Shown here: positions 51,176 through 62,538 of the stretch, one piece after another
Numbering within the stretch: the first letter of the stretch is position 1
Layout: every line of letters begins with the position of its first letter
Source of the DNA: Spirochaetia bacterium
Lineage (GTDB): Bacteria; Spirochaetota; Spirochaetia; WTKD01; G963693115
DNA: 64,000 nt
NCBI GenBank assembly: GCA_965216965.1
Contig: CBDCGX010000052.1
Coordinates: 35,195 to 99,194 of the forward strand
Direction: 5' to 3'
Position numbers and translations under genes: made by a program
Notes under the pieces: generated by a model
The model's database searches: none
What the model was told of the DNA's origin: nothing
Seen by the model: only the letters and a program-made list of their open reading frames with translations

Positions 51176-51272
51176 AATAAGAGAGTAATAAAATCTTAAT
51201 AAGACTATCAAGTCTTAATTACATTTTTTTAACATAGAAATTATTTATTTATATTTAGGAGGCTAATATACT

Positions 51273-51536
51273 ATGAAAGTTACCCCATTGGGCGATCGTG
51301 TATTACTAAAAGTTGCTCCCGAAGAGAGCAAAACAAAAAGCGGTATTATTATTCCTGACACCGCTCAGGAAAAAACACAAACTGGCACTGTTATTGCAGT
51401 GGGAACAGATTCAGAAATTTCTGTCAAAAAAGGTCAGAAAATTCTGTACGATAAATATGCAGGATCTCAAATAGAAATAGACAAAATTGAGCACCTTGTA
51501 ATTCCATTTAAAGACATACTTGCTGTTGTAGAATAA
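51273..51536 (+). CDS. groES: Co-chaperonin GroES (no adjacent groEL)
   Basis: MKVTPLGDRV, SGIIIPDTAQEK, KYAGS, DILAVVE; GGAGG SD. Confidence 0.96.
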   Translation: MKVTPLGDRVLLKVAPEESKTKSGIIIPDTAQEKTQTGTVIAVGTDSEISVKKGQKILYDKYAGSQIEIDKIEHLVIPFKDILAVVE

Positions 51537-51553
51537 CTTTAGCAGGTATTTCT

Positions 51554-51585
51554 ATACAAAAGGCTACGTTTGTAGCCTTTTGTAT
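51554..51585. terminator. Bidirectional intrinsic terminator (groES/aroA)
   Basis: ATACAAAAGGCTAC-GTTT-GTAGCCTTTTGTAT. Confidence 0.8.
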
Positions 51586-51591
51586 GCTTTA

Positions 51592-52953
51592 TCATATTTT
51601 CTTTTCCTTAATATTAACATTAAATGTGTTTTTTAATATTGAGTAGAAGCATGGAAATGTAATTTCTACGACTTCTGCATTCTTAATACTAATAGGACTC
51701 TCTGCGCACAACCCCGCTATAGAAAAGGTCATAGCAATTCTATGGTCAAAATATGAATCAACAATGCCACCTCGCATTTTTACAGCACCAATAGCTGGAA
51801 ATATACTAAGTCCATCTTCGTGCTCTTTTACATCTACTCCAAGACGAGTAAGATTATGTACCATCACAGCAACTCTATCTGTTTCTTTTTTACGTGCGTG
51901 AGCAACACTATGTAATTGAGTTGGACTATCTGCAAATGCCGCAGCTACTGCTAATATAGGAAGAGAATCGGGTATTTCTGAAAGATTAAAATTACCTCCT
52001 TGAAGTGTTTTTTCCCGTATTATATACACACTTTCTAGCCCTTTTTCATCTGTTTCCCATGTGTACTCACAACCCATAGCAGAAAGTATAGAAAGAACCT
52101 TTGCGTCAGCTTGGCTATCCTTAGAAACAAGTCCATAAACATGTAATGGCTTTTTCGTAATTGCAGCTGCTACAAAGAAAAATGCCGCAGAAGAATAATC
52201 TCCTGGAATATGAATTGTATCTATATTTTTAAGCGGAAGTGAAAAAGGACGCACTATGTCTATAGAAGTGTAATTATTATTATTTACTTTTGCTTTATAT
52301 TTATTTAACCACTGTAGCGTCATATTAACATAAGAATGTTCTCCCACTAATGATGGGCATATTGTGCTTTTCCCCTGTACAAAAGAAAGCACATATAAAA
52401 GTGCCGATGCGTATTGGCTCGTTGAACATTGTATTTCAACAATTCCATTGTGTAAAGGACCTTGCACAGTATAAGGAACACATCCCTCATTATTATGCGA
52501 ATTGCATATTTCTATAGTTGCCCCTAATGTTTGAAGAGCTGTAAGCAACGGAATTGCAGTTCTTTTTCTTATAGATTCATCTCCATCAAAAGTCAGAGGT
52601 CTCTCTGAAAGTGCTGCAAGTGCAGTTGCAAAATACAATGTTGTTCCGCTATTACCTACATTTATATAATCTTTTTCCGTTGTAAGTGACGATGGAGTTG
52701 TGTACCCAATACCTTGCACATGAATTCTTTTGTTTGTTTTTGTATCTACAATCCTACACTGTGCACCCCAATTCTTTATAACATTTATACAACTGTAGGT
52801 ATCTCCAGAGAGAAGTGCATTATAGATAATTGTTTCTCCTTGTGCAAAAGCCGAAAGAAACAGAGCTCGTATAGTATGACTTTTTGACCCCGGAATAATA
52901 ACACAAGCGACTTCTGTATGTTGTACACTGAGAGGGAATACTCTACATATCAT
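51592..52953 (-). CDS. aroA: EPSP synthase
   Basis: PGSKSHTIRAL, GNSGTT, TSQY, PGDYSSA, ARKKETDR, DHRIAM. Confidence 0.93.
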   Translation of the reverse strand: MICRVFPLSVQHTEVACVIIPGSKSHTIRALFLSAFAQGETIIYNALLSGDTYSCINVIKNWGAQCRIVDTKTNKRIHVQGIGYTTPSSLTTEKDYINVGNSGTTLYFATALAALSERPLTFDGDESIRKRTAIPLLTALQTLGATIEICNSHNNEGCVPYTVQGPLHNGIVEIQCSTSQYASALLYVLSFVQGKSTICPSLVGEHSYVNMTLQWLNKYKAKVNNNNYTSIDIVRPFSLPLKNIDTIHIPGDYSSAAFFFVAAAITKKPLHVYGLVSKDSQADAKVLSILSAMGCEYTWETDEKGLESVYIIREKTLQGGNFNLSEIPDSLPILAVAAAFADSPTQLHSVAHARKKETDRVAVMVHNLTRLGVDVKEHEDGLSIFPAIGAVKMRGGIVDSYFDHRIAMTFSIAGLCAESPISIKNAEVVEITFPCFYSILKNTFNVNIKEKKI

Positions 52954-52965
52954 TTTATAATTCCT

Positions 52966-53613
52966 TTATAAGAGTATAGTAAAGAACGCTCCCATAAATG
53001 CCCCAAGAACTCCTCCAAGGACTTCTATAGCAATAAGCGTTTCACCAGCAGTTTTCTTTACAAGGCGTTCAAACGTTACAATATCCATTGCATACATTTT
53101 ATCTGTAATTATCGTTTGGAAATCTATTTTTGAAATTGCCTTGCAAATTATAGATTTTTTAAGACCCTTAGGGGTTATACGAGTAAACACATGTGTAAGA
53201 GATTGTGTAACTGTATTTTTTTCTGGAAAAAGCTCATTAAGTGTTACTTTTTTATCTATGTGATGAGCGAGAGTATCAACATCTAAAAATTCTTCTGTTA
53301 TACCACGACTTATGTTTTCTACAAGCCTTTTTTTATTAGCAGGAATAAGACCAAATCTAAAGTGTTTCCACCCAATGGGTGTATGTGGTCTAAAAAGCAA
53401 CCAAATTGCCCCCATGTTTGTAACAAGTCCTGCTAAACCAGCAATACTAGCATTCTTAACAAGATTTAAAGGCATTTCTTCTACCCACATAAACCCTGCA
53501 AATTGTGTAAAAACACTAAGCATCTTATATAGAAAAACAAAACTCAAAACCCCCACAAAAACAACAAGCAAAACAATCTTAATGCTATTCCAATAATATA
53601 TCCCTTTCTGCAT
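52966..53613 (-). CDS. DUF445-like membrane protein
   Basis: GLVTNMGAIWLLFRP...GLIP and C-terminal IEVLGGVLG. Confidence 0.7.
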   Translation of the reverse strand: MQKGIYYWNSIKIVLLVVFVGVLSFVFLYKMLSVFTQFAGFMWVEEMPLNLVKNASIAGLAGLVTNMGAIWLLFRPHTPIGWKHFRFGLIPANKKRLVENISRGITEEFLDVDTLAHHIDKKVTLNELFPEKNTVTQSLTHVFTRITPKGLKKSIICKAISKIDFQTIITDKMYAMDIVTFERLVKKTAGETLIAIEVLGGVLGAFMGAFFTILL

Positions 53614-53682
53614 ATACCTTAGTACCCATGTTCCTTATTAGCATTCTGCCATGCATGTTTTATAAAAACTTTGAGCAAATGA

Positions 53683-55080
53683 TTATACCATTTTTCTAGG
53701 ATCTAGAAAGGAGTGTAACTCTTTTGCAGTAAGTATCTTTTCCTCTTCTAAAACTTCACGAATAGTTTTCTTTTTATGAAATGCCTTATGCGCAAGTGCC
53801 GCCGCCTTATCATACCCTATTTTTTTAGCAAGTGGAGTAACTAAAGCAAGCGAATATTCTATCCAATATGCCGCACGTTCTGTATCGGCTTTTAAGCCTT
53901 TGATACATTTTTCCACAAAAACATCACAACTATGTGCCGCAAGCTCTATTGCCGTAAGACACTCATGTGAAATAAGTGGATACATCATAATAAGTTGTAA
54001 CGGTGCATTTTGGGCAGCAATTTTAATTGATTCACATTTTCCCATAAGATGAGATACTGCTTGTATGAGCATTTCTGGAATCACAGGATTTATTTTTCCA
54101 GGCATAATAGAAGATCCTGGTTGTAAAGATGGTAATATTATTTCCCCTAAAGCCCCGCGAGGACCACTTGAAAGAAGTCGAAGATCGTTTGCAATTTTCA
54201 TAAGAGCAACAGAAAGCACATTGATAGCTCCCGCAAGAGCAACAAAAGGTTCTGCCCCTGCCATACGAGCAAATGTATTTGTTGCCACTTTAAAAGGGAT
54301 CTGTGTATCCTTAGCCAAGCTGTGCACAAATGCCGTCTTAAATCCTGCTACACTATTTAACCCAGTTCCTACCGCTGTTCCACCTTGTGGAAGATATTCT
54401 AAATCTGGTAAGACTCGTTTTAGTTGAGTATGTGCATATTTTATTTGTTCCGCAAATGCAGAAAATTCTTGCCCTAAAGTCATTGGCACAGCATCCTGAA
54501 GATGCGTCCGTCCTAACTTTATAACACTCTTAAACTTTTTCTGACACGTTTTAAACGCTGTTGTAAGATTTGATACTTTCTCTAAAAGCATAACTAATTC
54601 CATTCTACATGCAATATATATAGCTGTTGGTATACTATCATTTGATGATTGACCTTTATTTACATGATCATTCGGATGCACGGGAGCTTTTGTTCCTTTC
54701 TGAGATCCTAATAACTCGTTTGCATAATTAGATATTACTTCATTCATGTTCATATTCCACGAAGTACCACTTCCAGTTTGAAATACATCTATAGGAAAAT
54801 TATCTATAAGCTGTTTCTTTTTTATTATAGTATGCGCAGCGTTTATAATTGCATTTGCTCTTTTTTTATCTAAAATCCCTTTTTTATTGTTTACAATTGC
54901 AGCATGTTTTTTTACTAGTGCAAGAGACTGTATAAGCCTAGGATGTATTCTTAGCGAAGATATAGAAAAGTTTTCAACTGCACGCTGTGTCTGAGCACCC
55001 CAATATACGTTTATAGGAACATTTACCTTTCCCATAGAGTCTGTTTCTACTCTAAACTTACCCATTGATTTCTTTTTCAT
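53683..55080 (-). CDS. fumC: Class II fumarate hydratase
   Basis: YWGAQTQRA, QTGSGTS, HPNDHVN, GRTHLQDA, GSSIMPGKINP. Confidence 0.93.
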   Translation of the reverse strand: MKKKSMGKFRVETDSMGKVNVPINVYWGAQTQRAVENFSISSLRIHPRLIQSLALVKKHAAIVNNKKGILDKKRANAIINAAHTIIKKKQLIDNFPIDVFQTGSGTSWNMNMNEVISNYANELLGSQKGTKAPVHPNDHVNKGQSSNDSIPTAIYIACRMELVMLLEKVSNLTTAFKTCQKKFKSVIKLGRTHLQDAVPMTLGQEFSAFAEQIKYAHTQLKRVLPDLEYLPQGGTAVGTGLNSVAGFKTAFVHSLAKDTQIPFKVATNTFARMAGAEPFVALAGAINVLSVALMKIANDLRLLSSGPRGALGEIILPSLQPGSSIMPGKINPVIPEMLIQAVSHLMGKCESIKIAAQNAPLQLIMMYPLISHECLTAIELAAHSCDVFVEKCIKGLKADTERAAYWIEYSLALVTPLAKKIGYDKAAALAHKAFHKKKTIREVLEEEKILTAKELHSFLDPRKMV

Positions 55081-55304
55081 GATAATTTCCTCCTAATGAT
55101 AATTACATAAATGATTTCAAATTGCACCATTTCATAACAAAATATAAAATAAGATGTAATTGTTAATATATCACTCTTTAATTCCAGTAACTTTATTTAC
55201 TGTATATAATGATTATATATAAACTTACATTTCATAACAATATCACACTTACTAGAAGTAAATGACAACAAATAACATCCTTTTAATAAAGGTTTAATTA
55301 TTTG

Positions 55305-56873
55305 CTATTTCATAAGTTCTTTTTCTAAAAGTGCAACAAGCCGTATCATGACCTGCGTATCATATTTACAATATAGTGCAATATCTTTAATACTTATTTC
55401 ATCCTTAAGACTACATTTAAGTACTTTTTCATAAAGTATTTTTATATAAGGGTGTGTATGTGTCCATTTAAATGTTTTATTGGTATCATCTATCATTTTT
55501 ATATAAAAATAATTTGCTGCCATTCCTTCTTTCACTTTACAAGAACTATAGTCATCTTCTAGAAAAACAGAAGTGAGTGTTTTTAATGATATTTTACCCT
55601 TCTGCAAAGGGTGATATATATGAAGATTTAAAAATATTTCCTGCAAATCAACAATGCGCATAAGCACAGATGATGCTTTATGTAATTCTCCAGAAAGCTC
55701 CGAAAGTTGTTTAATAGCATCACCCTCAAAACAACTATCATATACAATAATTGACCCGGCTTTTTTAAGAGCTGCATACAATTCTTGCCACATAAGAATT
55801 CTTTTATCAATACTTGGTGGCATCGCCCACAATTGAGTGTGAATAGGAGTATTGGGCCCTTCTTGCCATTGTAATGAAAATAAAAATGGGATAAGCTCCC
55901 ACGGTTGAGAATAAGGAAAAAATGGCACTGCACTTGTAAATGCTTCAAAATCAAGATAGTAGCGAGGATATGAAAGTTTTTTTATAAAATCTTTTACATC
56001 ATCAGAAGAAAAAAACAACTCATTGTTTAGTACAGCATCAATTTGTCTCTGCACTGTTTCTGTTACATCTATATCCTGTGGTATTTGGCTTATTTTTGTA
56101 ATTCCCTGACTAAGAAGATCTTCTATAAGCACTTTTGATTTCCGAAGAGTTGTAATACTATCTATGTCTTCTTTGTTATCAATAGAACATGCATCGCAAT
56201 ATCGTCTTGTACATTTTTCCCAGCTATTTATATCTAAGATGGTTTCTTTTTTAATATGAGTTAAAAACCCCACAATTTGCGGAGTTATACCTTCTAGATA
56301 TTTCTCTATTTTTAGAGTAATATCCGACTCTTTCCAAGATATATTCTCATAAAACACATCTACTTTTATTGACTCCCAAAAAAAACCATCCACAAACTGT
56401 AAAAAGATCTTTGCTACGGGTATGTTATACTTTTTACAAGCATAAAGAACAAACGATGCATATACTTTATGATCACGACGCATTCCTACTGCAGAAACAG
56501 GAAAATGAAGTATCCACCCACCCAACGACGCATGCCAAGTACAAAATGGGATATATACTGCAAGGATATCATCTATTGTTAATACAGCTCCCATTATGCT
56601 TCGTATATTATGCGTATCTGATGTTTTCTCCAAAGATTTAGCATTAGGATTGTTTTGCAAGATGTCTAAACTTTGTCTTACCGCATCGTCAATTGTGTCT
56701 GTTTCTATATGCTTTGCTTGTCGTTGAGATTTACCCTGAGAAAAAGCCGTTAATACCCGTAGCTGCTCTCTAATAGCAGATGCCATAATTATTGATTTAC
56801 ATCCATTAAAATGCAAATAATATGCTCTTCGCGGACATGAAAAATATTCAACTGCTTCGTGGATAAAAAACAC
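55305..56873 (-). CDS. DUF2779-like protein (putative nuclease)
   Basis: YYLDFEAF..AVPFF....PWELIPFLFSLQ, VDL..IF...YHP...GKISLK, YCKYDT..M. Confidence 0.7.
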   Translation of the reverse strand: MFFIHEAVEYFSCPRRAYYLHFNGCKSIIMASAIREQLRVLTAFSQGKSQRQAKHIETDTIDDAVRQSLDILQNNPNAKSLEKTSDTHNIRSIMGAVLTIDDILAVYIPFCTWHASLGGWILHFPVSAVGMRRDHKVYASFVLYACKKYNIPVAKIFLQFVDGFFWESIKVDVFYENISWKESDITLKIEKYLEGITPQIVGFLTHIKKETILDINSWEKCTRRYCDACSIDNKEDIDSITTLRKSKVLIEDLLSQGITKISQIPQDIDVTETVQRQIDAVLNNELFFSSDDVKDFIKKLSYPRYYLDFEAFTSAVPFFPYSQPWELIPFLFSLQWQEGPNTPIHTQLWAMPPSIDKRILMWQELYAALKKAGSIIVYDSCFEGDAIKQLSELSGELHKASSVLMRIVDLQEIFLNLHIYHPLQKGKISLKTLTSVFLEDDYSSCKVKEGMAANYFYIKMIDDTNKTFKWTHTHPYIKILYEKVLKCSLKDEISIKDIALYCKYDTQVMIRLVALLEKELMK

Positions 56874-56874
56874 T

Positions 56875-58086
56875 TTATTTCCGATTTATGAGAGAATACG
56901 AATCACGTGCAATCTGTAATTCTTCTTTTGTTTCTATAACTGCAATTTTCACGTTAGAATAATCAGCAGAAATAATTCCTTCTCCTCTGTTTACATCTTC
57001 GTTTTTTATTGAATCAAGCTGCATCCCAATATTGGGAAGTGGCTCACAAATTCTTTTTCTCATCGCTGGATCATTCTGACCAACCCCAGCGGTAAATACA
57101 AGCATGTCTACAGTCTGCAAAAGCGCAGCATATGCACCTATAAACTTTTGAACAGAATGTGCAAACATTTCAAGTGCAAGCTCAGCTCGCTTATTGCCAT
57201 TTATTGCCGCTTTCTCAATATCTCGCATATCATTAGACACTCCTGATATACCAAGCAACCCACTTTTTTTATTCATTATAGCATCTATCTCTTTTCCATC
57301 CATGTTCTGCTCCTGCAAAAACACAAGTATTGCAGGATCTATACTCCCACAACGAGTTCCCATCATAAGACCCTCAAGTGGAGTAAACCCCATAGTCGTA
57401 TCTATTGACCTTCCTTTTTCTATTGCAGTAATTGAACATCCATTTCCTAAGTGGCATGTTATAAGATTAATATCTTCCGGTTTTTTTCCAAGACATCGTG
57501 CCCCCTCCCTACTCACATAATAATGAGATGTACCATGAAATCCATATCGCCGAATTCCATATTTTTTATATATCTCATACGGCAATGGATACGTAAAAGC
57601 AGCCGCAGGCATAGTTTGATGAAATGCAGTATCAAAAACAGCAATGTGTTTACAATGCGGAAATAGTTTTTTTGCAGCTTGTATTCCACTAAGATTCGCA
57701 GGATTATGCAATGGAGCAAAGGGAAGCAATTCTTCTATAGCACCCATAACATGATCATTTATCATAACTGAGCTAGAGTATATTTCGCCACCATGCACAA
57801 CTCTATGCCCTATTGCATGCACTTGGTTTGTATCAGCAATAACACCTATTTCGGAATCAGTAAGCAAATTCATAACAACATTAAAAGCGTTTGTATGATC
57901 TGTTATCTTTTGTATATGATGGCTTCTTTTTGTTTGACTTTGATACAATACAATTGCATCTTCTTTCCCTATTTTTTCTACTACCCCCTTACAAAGGCTG
58001 TGTTCTTGAGGGAACGAGAATATTTCATATTTAAGCGACGAACTTCCGCAATTAATTACAAGGATGATAAAAGGCATGTTCTCCAT
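56875..58086 (-). CDS. ackA: Acetate kinase
   Basis: INCGSSSLKY, GHRVVHGG, FDTAFH, CHLGNG, PLEGLMMGTRCG, TKEEL. Confidence 0.96.
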   Translation of the reverse strand: MENMPFIILVINCGSSSLKYEIFSFPQEHSLCKGVVEKIGKEDAIVLYQSQTKRSHHIQKITDHTNAFNVVMNLLTDSEIGVIADTNQVHAIGHRVVHGGEIYSSSVMINDHVMGAIEELLPFAPLHNPANLSGIQAAKKLFPHCKHIAVFDTAFHQTMPAAAFTYPLPYEIYKKYGIRRYGFHGTSHYYVSREGARCLGKKPEDINLITCHLGNGCSITAIEKGRSIDTTMGFTPLEGLMMGTRCGSIDPAILVFLQEQNMDGKEIDAIMNKKSGLLGISGVSNDMRDIEKAAINGNKRAELALEMFAHSVQKFIGAYAALLQTVDMLVFTAGVGQNDPAMRKRICEPLPNIGMQLDSIKNEDVNRGEGIISADYSNVKIAVIETKEELQIARDSYSLINRK

Positions 58087-58145
58087 AACAATATGTATTT
58101 TTATTATATCAGACTCTATACTGTATATACAGTAATTATAAAAAT

Positions 58146-59459
58146 TTACATTAAAACTTCATGTATAAGTGGGATGTTTTCTTCTTTCTTTGCATCATTA
58201 CAAAGCACATACGCATTTTGCACAATGTCTTTTACTGTGTCTAAAACATCTAAAGTTATAAAATCTTCATAATATAAAGTTGCAAGCACCTCTCCCTTTG
58301 TTACGAAGTCATTCTTTTTTTTATTTAAAATAACTCCTGCCGTGTAACAAATATCATCTTCCTTTGTTGCCCGTCCAGCCCCAAGAAGCATTGTCGCATG
58401 GCCTATAGAAAGTGCATCTATATGTTTTATGTGTGCTGTTTCATTCGCACATACCTCTAATGTTTTAGGAGAACCAAGATATGTATTATTGTGCAAAGCA
58501 TTCATATCTACTCCACAAAGAGTAATAAATTTTTCAAACATTTCCATTGCCTTTCCATTAGAAATAACTTTCTGCATCATTACAAATCCATTACTATAAT
58601 CAACACGATTATCTCTTTGTGCAAAAGCAATACCAACAAGAGTAGAAAGCAAGTCTTTTACATCTTGAGGCCCTTTTCCCTGCAGTACATCAATTGCTTC
58701 TTTTAACTCCAAAGCATTACCCACTGCTTTTCCTAGTGGCTGGTCCATATCCGAAAGAACACAACATACTTTTCGATTGCATTGCGTACCGATACTCTTC
58801 ATTGTATGAGCAAGTTCTCTTGCTTCAGATATGGTTTTCATAAATGCCCCAGAACCAACCTTTACATCTAAAATGATTCCATCAGACTTTACAGCAAGTT
58901 TTTTACTCATAATAGAAGCTGCTATAAGAGGAACGCTCTGTACGGTACCCGTAACATCTCTAAGAGCGTATAATTTTTTATCGAGCGGTGCCAATTCATC
59001 AGAATACCCTAAAAGCGCAGAATTACATTCTTTAATCATGGTATCTACCGAAATATTATTGGGATTAAAATGGAACCCCTCTAAAGATTCTAGCTTATCC
59101 ATAGTTCCACCAGTATGTCCTAATCCTCGACCCGTAAGTTTTACAACAGTAAAATCAAGTGCCGCTAAAATTGGAATAAGTGCTAGCGTTATTTTATCTC
59201 CCACCCCTCCAGTAGAATGCTTATCTATAACAAAATTATCACTTAAAACTGAAATTTGCTTTCCAGAGTGGAGCATTGCATTTACAAGAGAAAAAAGCTC
59301 CTCTTCATTTAAGCCATTAAAATATACAGCCATCAAGAATGCACTCATCTGATAATCAGGAACACTTCCTTGTTGATACGCTTCACACAAACAAGTAATA
59401 TCATTTGAACTAAGCGTTTTACCATCACGTTTTGCTATAATACAATCTATTGCTCTCAT
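58146..59459 (-). CDS. pdp: Pyrimidine-nucleoside phosphorylase
   Basis: DKHSTGGVGDK, GRGLGHTGGT.DKLES, SIMSKK, DVKVGSGAFMK. Confidence 0.94.
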   Translation of the reverse strand: MRAIDCIIAKRDGKTLSSNDITCLCEAYQQGSVPDYQMSAFLMAVYFNGLNEEELFSLVNAMLHSGKQISVLSDNFVIDKHSTGGVGDKITLALIPILAALDFTVVKLTGRGLGHTGGTMDKLESLEGFHFNPNNISVDTMIKECNSALLGYSDELAPLDKKLYALRDVTGTVQSVPLIAASIMSKKLAVKSDGIILDVKVGSGAFMKTISEARELAHTMKSIGTQCNRKVCCVLSDMDQPLGKAVGNALELKEAIDVLQGKGPQDVKDLLSTLVGIAFAQRDNRVDYSNGFVMMQKVISNGKAMEMFEKFITLCGVDMNALHNNTYLGSPKTLEVCANETAHIKHIDALSIGHATMLLGAGRATKEDDICYTAGVILNKKKNDFVTKGEVLATLYYEDFITLDVLDTVKDIVQNAYVLCNDAKKEENIPLIHEVLM

Positions 59460-59492
59460 CTCCTTAACCTCCTTTATTATGTATTGTTTTAC

Positions 59493-59915
59493 TTATAAAT
59501 TTTCCTTATTAAAAAAATCAGGAAGCACCTCTTGTGCAGACCATATTTTATATGAGTTAATACTTTCCTTTATACTGCTACAAATAAGAATAGAATCTTT
59601 ATTCATAAATTCAACTGCAACCTGCCTACATGCACCACACATACTCACAGGTCCATCAGTATCAGCTACAACGGCAAGTGCTACAATGTATTTTGCCCCG
59701 TTACATATACCATTATATATTGCAACTCGTTCAGCACAACAAGAAAGTCCATATGATGCATTTTCAACATTTGCTCCCCCATATATTTTCTCATTATCCG
59801 CAAGCATCACTGCACCTACTTTAAACAAAGAATACGGAGTATATGCTCTCGCTCTCCAGTCAATTGCCATTGGAATAAGCCTTTTGGCATATGATATAGC
59901 AGTGCTACTACTCAT
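59493..59915 (-). CDS. cdd: Cytidine deaminase
   Basis: PYSLFKVGA, NVENASYG...CAE, SMCGACRQ. Confidence 0.94.
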   Translation of the reverse strand: MSSSTAISYAKRLIPMAIDWRARAYTPYSLFKVGAVMLADNEKIYGGANVENASYGLSCCAERVAIYNGICNGAKYIVALAVVADTDGPVSMCGACRQVAVEFMNKDSILICSSIKESINSYKIWSAQEVLPDFFNKENL

Positions 59916-60607
59916 TAATATGATCCTTTTTCTACACTCACACCCTTTACTATTTCAACACCAGCACTTGTACCAATACGACATGCACCAGCATCTATCA
60001 TAATCATGGCTGTTTCATAATTTCGAATACCCCCGGCAGCTTTTACCTTCATCCCGTCACCTATAGAACGTGCCATGAGTGCAACATGTTCTTTTGTTGC
60101 ACCAGCAGTTCCAAACCCTGTTGATGTTTTTACAAATTCCACTCCCACATGAGTACAGATTTCACATAGCTTTATAATGTCTTCATCTTTTAAATAGCAT
60201 GTCTCTAAAATAACTTTTACCAGAACATCTCTTTTGTGTTTTTTCCCCGCCTCATGCACTGCAGTATATACCCGCCCGATATCATTTGCAACATAATCAT
60301 AATCTTTTGAAAAATACGCACCCAAAGCTACTACCATATCTATTTCTGATGCTCCCTTATCTACTAGCACACTTGCCTCAAATGATTTTGTTTGCATATC
60401 TTGTGCACCTAATGGGAATCCAACTACGGTGCAAACTAATGAAATAGAATCTTGTAATTTATGGGCACACAAACTCACCCATTGTCCCGATACACAAACA
60501 CTTGCAAAGCCATATTGCTTTGCAATATCACATAATACACATATATCTTGCTCTGTAGCTGTAGATGCAAGTAAAGTTGCATCTATATACGATGAAATAT
60601 CTCTCAT
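59915..60607 (-). CDS. deoC: Deoxyribose-phosphate aldolase
   Basis: IDATLL, VVGFPLG, EIDMV, KVILET, FVKTSTGF, VKAAGGIR. Confidence 0.95.
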   Translation of the reverse strand: MRDISSYIDATLLASTATEQDICVLCDIAKQYGFASVCVSGQWVSLCAHKLQDSISLVCTVVGFPLGAQDMQTKSFEASVLVDKGASEIDMVVALGAYFSKDYDYVANDIGRVYTAVHEAGKKHKRDVLVKVILETCYLKDEDIIKLCEICTHVGVEFVKTSTGFGTAGATKEHVALMARSIGDGMKVKAAGGIRNYETAMIMIDAGACRIGTSAGVEIVKGVSVEKGSY

Positions 60608-60663
60608 ACATCTAGTATATCATATTGCATCCAATATAACATTGGATTAAGAATGAAAATATA

Positions 60664-62538
60664 CTATAAAGTTTTGCTTGTTTTTTTATTTACATGAAAC
60701 ATAAGTACGGTAAGATCAGATTGTCTTACCCCTGATATTTTAGACGCCTGTTGTAGTGTTGCAGGTTTTATACTTGAAAGTTTTTCTCTCCCTTCAGAAG
60801 AAATTCCCATAACATTCTTATAATTAAAATCTCGTCCCAAAACAATTGTTTCTTTCTTTTTCATTTTCAAAATCTCTTTTTGTTGCCTATTTATGTATCC
60901 TTCATATTTCACTTCAACTTCAACGTGATGAAGATCCTCCTTTTCGTATGAATTATCTATTAAAGACTCGTCAAAGTGTGATATCTCCTGCAATGTAAAC
61001 TTCTGAGTTTTCAAAACCTGTAAGAAATTCTTTCCTGCAAAAGGTGCAAGTTCTGAAAATCTTTTTATGTCATCTTTTTTTATAGAACGTTGTGAAAGTA
61101 TTTTTTTTAATTTCCCTATTGATTCTTTTTTTCTATTCATCTTATCTACTTTATCTTTTGACACCAACCCTATCTTGTATCCAATATCCATAAGTCGTAT
61201 ATCAGACGTGTTGTGTCGTAAATTCATACGATGCTCTGCACGAGATGTAAACATACGATACGGTTCTTTTGTGCCCATAGTAATTAAATCATCTATGAGA
61301 ACGCCTATATATGCTTCGCTTCGACTCAAAATAAGTGGGTCTTTTTTCTCTAAATAACATATAGCATTTATTCCCGCAATAAGCCCCTGAGCTGCTGCTT
61401 CTTCATATCCCGATGTGCCATTTATTTGTCCCGCCAAAAACAAACCCGAAAGCATTTTAGACTCAAGCGATGCATATAGTTGAGAAGGATCACAATAATC
61501 ATATTCAACGGCATAGCCTGGACGCATTATTTCCGCGTGTTCTAATCCACGTATAGAACGAATAAACATCGCTTGAATACTCTCAGGCAACGAGGTAGAA
61601 AGCCCATTAAGGTACATTTCTTGCGTAGAAAGCCCTTCTGGCTCTATAAAAATTTGATGCCGTTCTCGATCTGAAAATTTTTTTACCTTATCTTCAATTG
61701 ACGGACAATATCTTGGACCAACTCCTGCTATTTTCCCCGAATACGCCGAAGAGCGGTGTATATTCTGTAATATTATTGAGTGAGTAGTATCATTTGTATA
61801 TGTAATATAGCATGCAACTTGTTCTCTCTGAAAATTCTCCTGAGAAAAAGAAAAAGGACATATCTCATTATCACCAAAAAGTAAATTCACCTTAGAAAAA
61901 TCTATAGAACGTCTATGTATACGTGCAGGAGTTCCTGTTTTAAGTCTTCCCAGTTGAAGTCCAATTTTTTTAAGAGATTTATCAAGATAATGTACAGCAG
62001 GCTCTGCAAGCCTTCCTGCACTCGTACTATATTCTCCTATAAACACTTTTCCATTAAGAAAAGTCCCCATAGTAAGCACTATTACTTTTGCCTTATACGT
62101 TTTTCCACATTCTGTTATTATTCCCGTCGCTTTTTTTGACATATTTGATGTAGCACCCAAATACATAATTTCAGATACAGTGCCTTGTATAAGATAAATG
62201 TTTTTTTCATTCTCTATTGTTTTTTTTGCTTCTATTTGGTAGGCAAGCTTATCTGCTTGTGCTCTTGGAGCTTGTACAGAGGGCCCCTTGCTTCTATTTA
62301 AAATACGAAATTGTATCATTGTCTTATCAATAAGAGTTCCCATTTCTCCACCAAGAGCATCTATTTCACGAACCATATTTCCTTTAGCAAGACCTCCAAT
62401 AGCAGGATTACATGAAAGCTTGCCTATTGTATCTAAGTTCTGCGTTATAAGTGCTGTTATAAATCCCTTACGTGCTAAGGCAAGCGACGCTTCAATTCCC
62501 GCATGTCCTCCACCAATTACAATTGCATCAAAATCCAT
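60664..62538 (-). CDS. mnmG: tRNA U34 carboxymethylaminomethyl modification enzyme
   Basis: [51 protein letters not shown]. Confidence 0.97.
   Translation of the reverse strand: MDFDAIVIGGGHAGIEASLALARKGFITALITQNLDTIGKLSCNPAIGGLAKGNMVREIDALGGEMGTLIDKTMIQFRILNRSKGPSVQAPRAQADKLAYQIEAKKTIENEKNIYLIQGTVSEIMYLGATSNMSKKATGIITECGKTYKAKVIVLTMGTFLNGKVFIGEYSTSAGRLAEPAVHYLDKSLKKIGLQLGRLKTGTPARIHRRSIDFSKVNLLFGDNEICPFSFSQENFQREQVACYITYTNDTTHSIILQNIHRSSAYSGKIAGVGPRYCPSIEDKVKKFSDRERHQIFIEPEGLSTQEMYLNGLSTSLPESIQAMFIRSIRGLEHAEIMRPGYAVEYDYCDPSQLYASLESKMLSGLFLAGQINGTSGYEEAAAQGLIAGINAICYLEKKDPLILSRSEAYIGVLIDDLITMGTKEPYRMFTSRAEHRMNLRHNTSDIRLMDIGYKIGLVSKDKVDKMNRKKESIGKLKKILSQRSIKKDDIKRFSELAPFAGKNFLQVLKTQKFTLQEISHFDESLIDNSYEKEDLHHVEVEVKYEGYINRQQKEILKMKKKETIVLGRDFNYKNVMGISSEGREKLSSIKPATLQQASKISGVRQSDLTVLMFHVNKKTSKTL

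Noticed and set aside
51139-51272. CIRCE element before groES; short TAAGACT-ATCA-AGTCTTA repeat
   Set aside because: No TTAGCACTC-N9-GAGTGCTAA present, and the short repeat is too weak to call. A solitary groES is normal in spirochaetes.
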